Below, piece after piece: positions 23,610-25,857 of a DNA stretch of 25,857 nucleotides. The notes under the pieces were generated by a model, which saw nothing but the letters and a program-made list of their open reading frames with translations, did no database searches and was not told the origin of the DNA. Numbering within the stretch: position 1 is the stretch's first letter; every line of letters begins with the position of its first letter. Made by a program: the position numbers and the translations under genes. This DNA is from Octopus sinensis. Its lineage: Eukaryota. The DNA is taken from NCBI RefSeq assembly GCF_006345805.1, contig NW_021835648.1, positions 1 through 25,857 of the forward strand, in the 5' to 3' direction.

Positions 23610-23943
23610 GGGTAAAAATTGATATTAGTTAATTAAAACCAGTGGTCTAGCACATTAAAAAGAATCCGAGATATTAATAGCTGAAACCGCTCGGTACGTA
23701 GGTGATTATTCCATTTCGTATATTTCTTTTGTCTTATCCATTGCTTTAGGTCGTGCTGAATTTTATTTTTATTTGAGAACAAAATCTTTGTGGAGAATGG
23801 CGATTTGACGTCTATATCTAGCATGTTGACTGACCACCTTTTCGTGCTCAGTCCTTAATTGGTATATATAAATATTTTAATTTTCGGATTCTTTTTAATG
23901 TGCTAGACCACTGGTTTTAATTGACTAATATCAATTTTTACCC
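23610..23943. mobile_element. 334-bp element with 60-bp inverted repeats, TTAA|GGG...CCC|TTAA
   Basis: 23610-23669 vs 23884-23943 match 59/60; inverted symmetry extends about 15 bp into the AT-rich flanks including the TTAA. Confidence 0.85.
23670..23860 (+). repeat. ~190-bp direct repeat, copy 1 (carries the 3' half of the hammerhead)
   Basis: About 95% identical by eye to 24180-24370. Confidence 0.95.
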
Positions 23944-24149
23944 TTAATTTTTAAATATGAAATATTTGTTCTCAAACCGATAAATTGACTGCTGCTATTA
24001 TTATGCTGCAGGCTGGTTTTTTCTAGTAATCCGCGTGCCAAAAGTAGAGGCATTTGAAAGATACATCCGAACGTAATAGGTTGTACTTTTTGCATACGAG
24101 ACTCCGGTACCGGTTTTCATCTAGTACAGCATATTATGCTCATAACAAA

Positions 24150-24211
24150 CTACGCTGACGAAGCTACAGATATCCTTGTGATATTAATAGCTGAAACCGC
24201 TCGGTACGTAG
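24150..24211 (+). ncRNA. Type I hammerhead ribozyme, apparently intact
   Basis: Helix I CTACG/CGTAG; core CTGACGA (24155-24161); helix II AGCTA/TAGCT extended by GATATC/GATATT; GAAA (24193-24196); helix III ACC(G)/(C)GGT; GUA triplet with predicted cleavage after 24206. Confidence 0.8.
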
Positions 24212-24370
24212 GTGATTATTCCAGTCGTAATATTTTTTTGTCTTATCCATTGCGTTAGGTCGTGCTGGATTTTATTTTTATTTGAGAACAAAATCTTTGT
24301 GGAGAATGGCGATTTGACGTCTATATCTAGCATGTTGACTGACCACCCTTTCGTGTCTCAGTCCTAAATT
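24180..24370 (+). repeat. ~190-bp direct repeat, copy 2
   Basis: Direct repeat of 23670-23860. Confidence 0.95.
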
Positions 24371-24475
24371 TAGTATATCATATATATATATTATATGATA
24401 ATATATATAATATATAGATATGGTGTGTTTTGTGTTGTGTATGATCTATATATATATGGTGTGTGTGGGTGTGTT

Positions 24476-24518
<43 letters not shown>

Positions 24519-24557
24519 CTCTATAATAGACATCTATATATGTATGTACATATCGCC

Positions 24558-24740
24558 GATAGATCGTTAGCTCCTACACGCATTTTTTTCTCCTTGTTTT
24601 TTTCTGTGTATCTTTCTGTCGAAGGAGCGTAGGCTCGAAACGTAAAAGACTTTTTCCTATTCCTGAGCACCATACTAATACATTGTTTGTTTGTACACCA
24701 CTGCCTTCGTCTTTTATTTATTTTCGTAAACTTTCCCGTT
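24558..24740 (+). mobile_element. (TA)n-embedded Penelope-like terminal-repeat fragment with a minimal hammerhead variant (24611-24649)
   Basis: TCTTT-CTGTCGA-AG-GAGC-GTAG-GCTC-GAAA-CGT-A-AAAGA; homologous to 17520-17698. Confidence 0.65.
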
Positions 24741-24750
24741 ACATATATAT

Positions 24751-24798
<48 letters not shown>

Positions 24799-24829
24799 AT
24801 AATATATATATTATATATATATATATAAA

Positions 24830-24862
<33 letters not shown>

Positions 24863-24886
24863 ATGTATGTATGTATGCATGTATAT

Positions 24887-25050
24887 GCGCAGCGTGGTTG
24901 GGTGGTAAGTAGCTTGATTCCCAACCACACATTTCCGGGTTCATTCCCACTGCGCGGTACCTTGGGCAAGCGTCTTCTACTATACCCTCGGGCGATCAAA
25001 GCCTTATGAGTAGATTTGATAGACGGAAACTGAAAGAAGCCCGTCGCATA
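24887..25050 (+). mobile_element. SINE family B, 5' half
   Basis: tRNA-like head and ttgggcaag...ggaaactgaaagaagcccgtcg body. Confidence 0.88.
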
Positions 25051-25084
25051 TATGTATGCGTGTGTGTGTGTGTGTGCATGTATG

Positions 25085-25123
<39 letters not shown>

Positions 25124-25335
25124 CTTTAATCTTTAATTTCTAAATTGTTTCAGCTTCAAAGCTGCGGTAATGCTGGGGCACCACCGTTGACTCTGTGCTA
25201 CACCATCGTTATTTGAAACCTCCTCTGATATGTGACATTTGGTGAATGACGGAGTTTGATGCCGCCGCTGCTCTTATCTTTGTTTACTTCTGTGAGGTAG
25301 ATTCATCTGGAACCCTTGACAGGAGGGGATCCAGT

Positions 25336-25745
25336 CGGCGAGCTGGCAGAAACGTTAGCACACCGGGCGAAATGCTTAGCGGTATTGCGTCTGCCGTTTC
25401 GTTCTGAGTTCAAATTCCGCCGAGGTCGACTTTGCCTTTCATCCTTTCGGGGTCGATTAAATAAGTACCAGTTTACGCCCTTGGGTCGATATAATCGACT
25501 TAATACCTATGTCTGTCCTTGTTTGTCGCCTCTATGTTTAGGCCCTTGTGGGTAATAAAGAAGTAGGTATTGCGTCTGTCGTTACGTTCTGAGTTCAAAT
25601 TCCGCCGAGGTCGACTTTGCCTTTCATCCTTTCGGGGTCGATAAATTAAGTACCAGTTACGCACTGGAGTCGATGTAATCGACTTAATCCCTTTGTCCTT
25701 GTTCCTCCCTTCTATGTTTAGCCCCTTGTGGGTAGTAAAGAAATA
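25336..25745 (+). mobile_element. SINE family A dimer with shared 8-bp TSD
   Basis: Second unit restarts at ggtattgcgtc (~25567); GATCCAGT at 25328-25335 and 25746-25753. Confidence 0.9.
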
Positions 25746-25857
25746 GATCCAGTTTTGTTTTCAAGACCTACATCCACACCATGCAGGTCCCTCAGGCATT
25801 TTGGAAGGATATCACTGAGCTGTGGGTCCTTGAAACCCACGCTACAGCAGTACCCGC

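Overview
AT-rich eukaryotic DNA dominated by microsatellites and interspersed repeats. The SINE families and the (TA)n/(GATA)n/(ATC)n load resemble Octopus (coleoid cephalopod) intronic or intergenic DNA; this is recognition from memory, not a database search. No protein-coding gene could be identified. Almost all long ORFs in the track are translations of simple repeats, and only low-confidence splice-bounded exon candidates remain. Supported content: two tRNA-derived SINE families (full, nested and multimeric copies), Merlin-like and Tigger-like MITEs, TTAA-flanked inverted-repeat elements, a 247-bp foldback, and a ~630-bp local duplication with a filled/empty SINE site. The most notable signal is a set of hammerhead-ribozyme motifs of the Penelope/retrozyme type: one apparently intact type I hammerhead at 24150-24211, a duplicate of its 3' half inside 60-bp inverted repeats 510 nt upstream, and three variant or decayed motifs. 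Folds were paired by eye; repeat boundaries are approximate unless a TSD or TIR is quoted.
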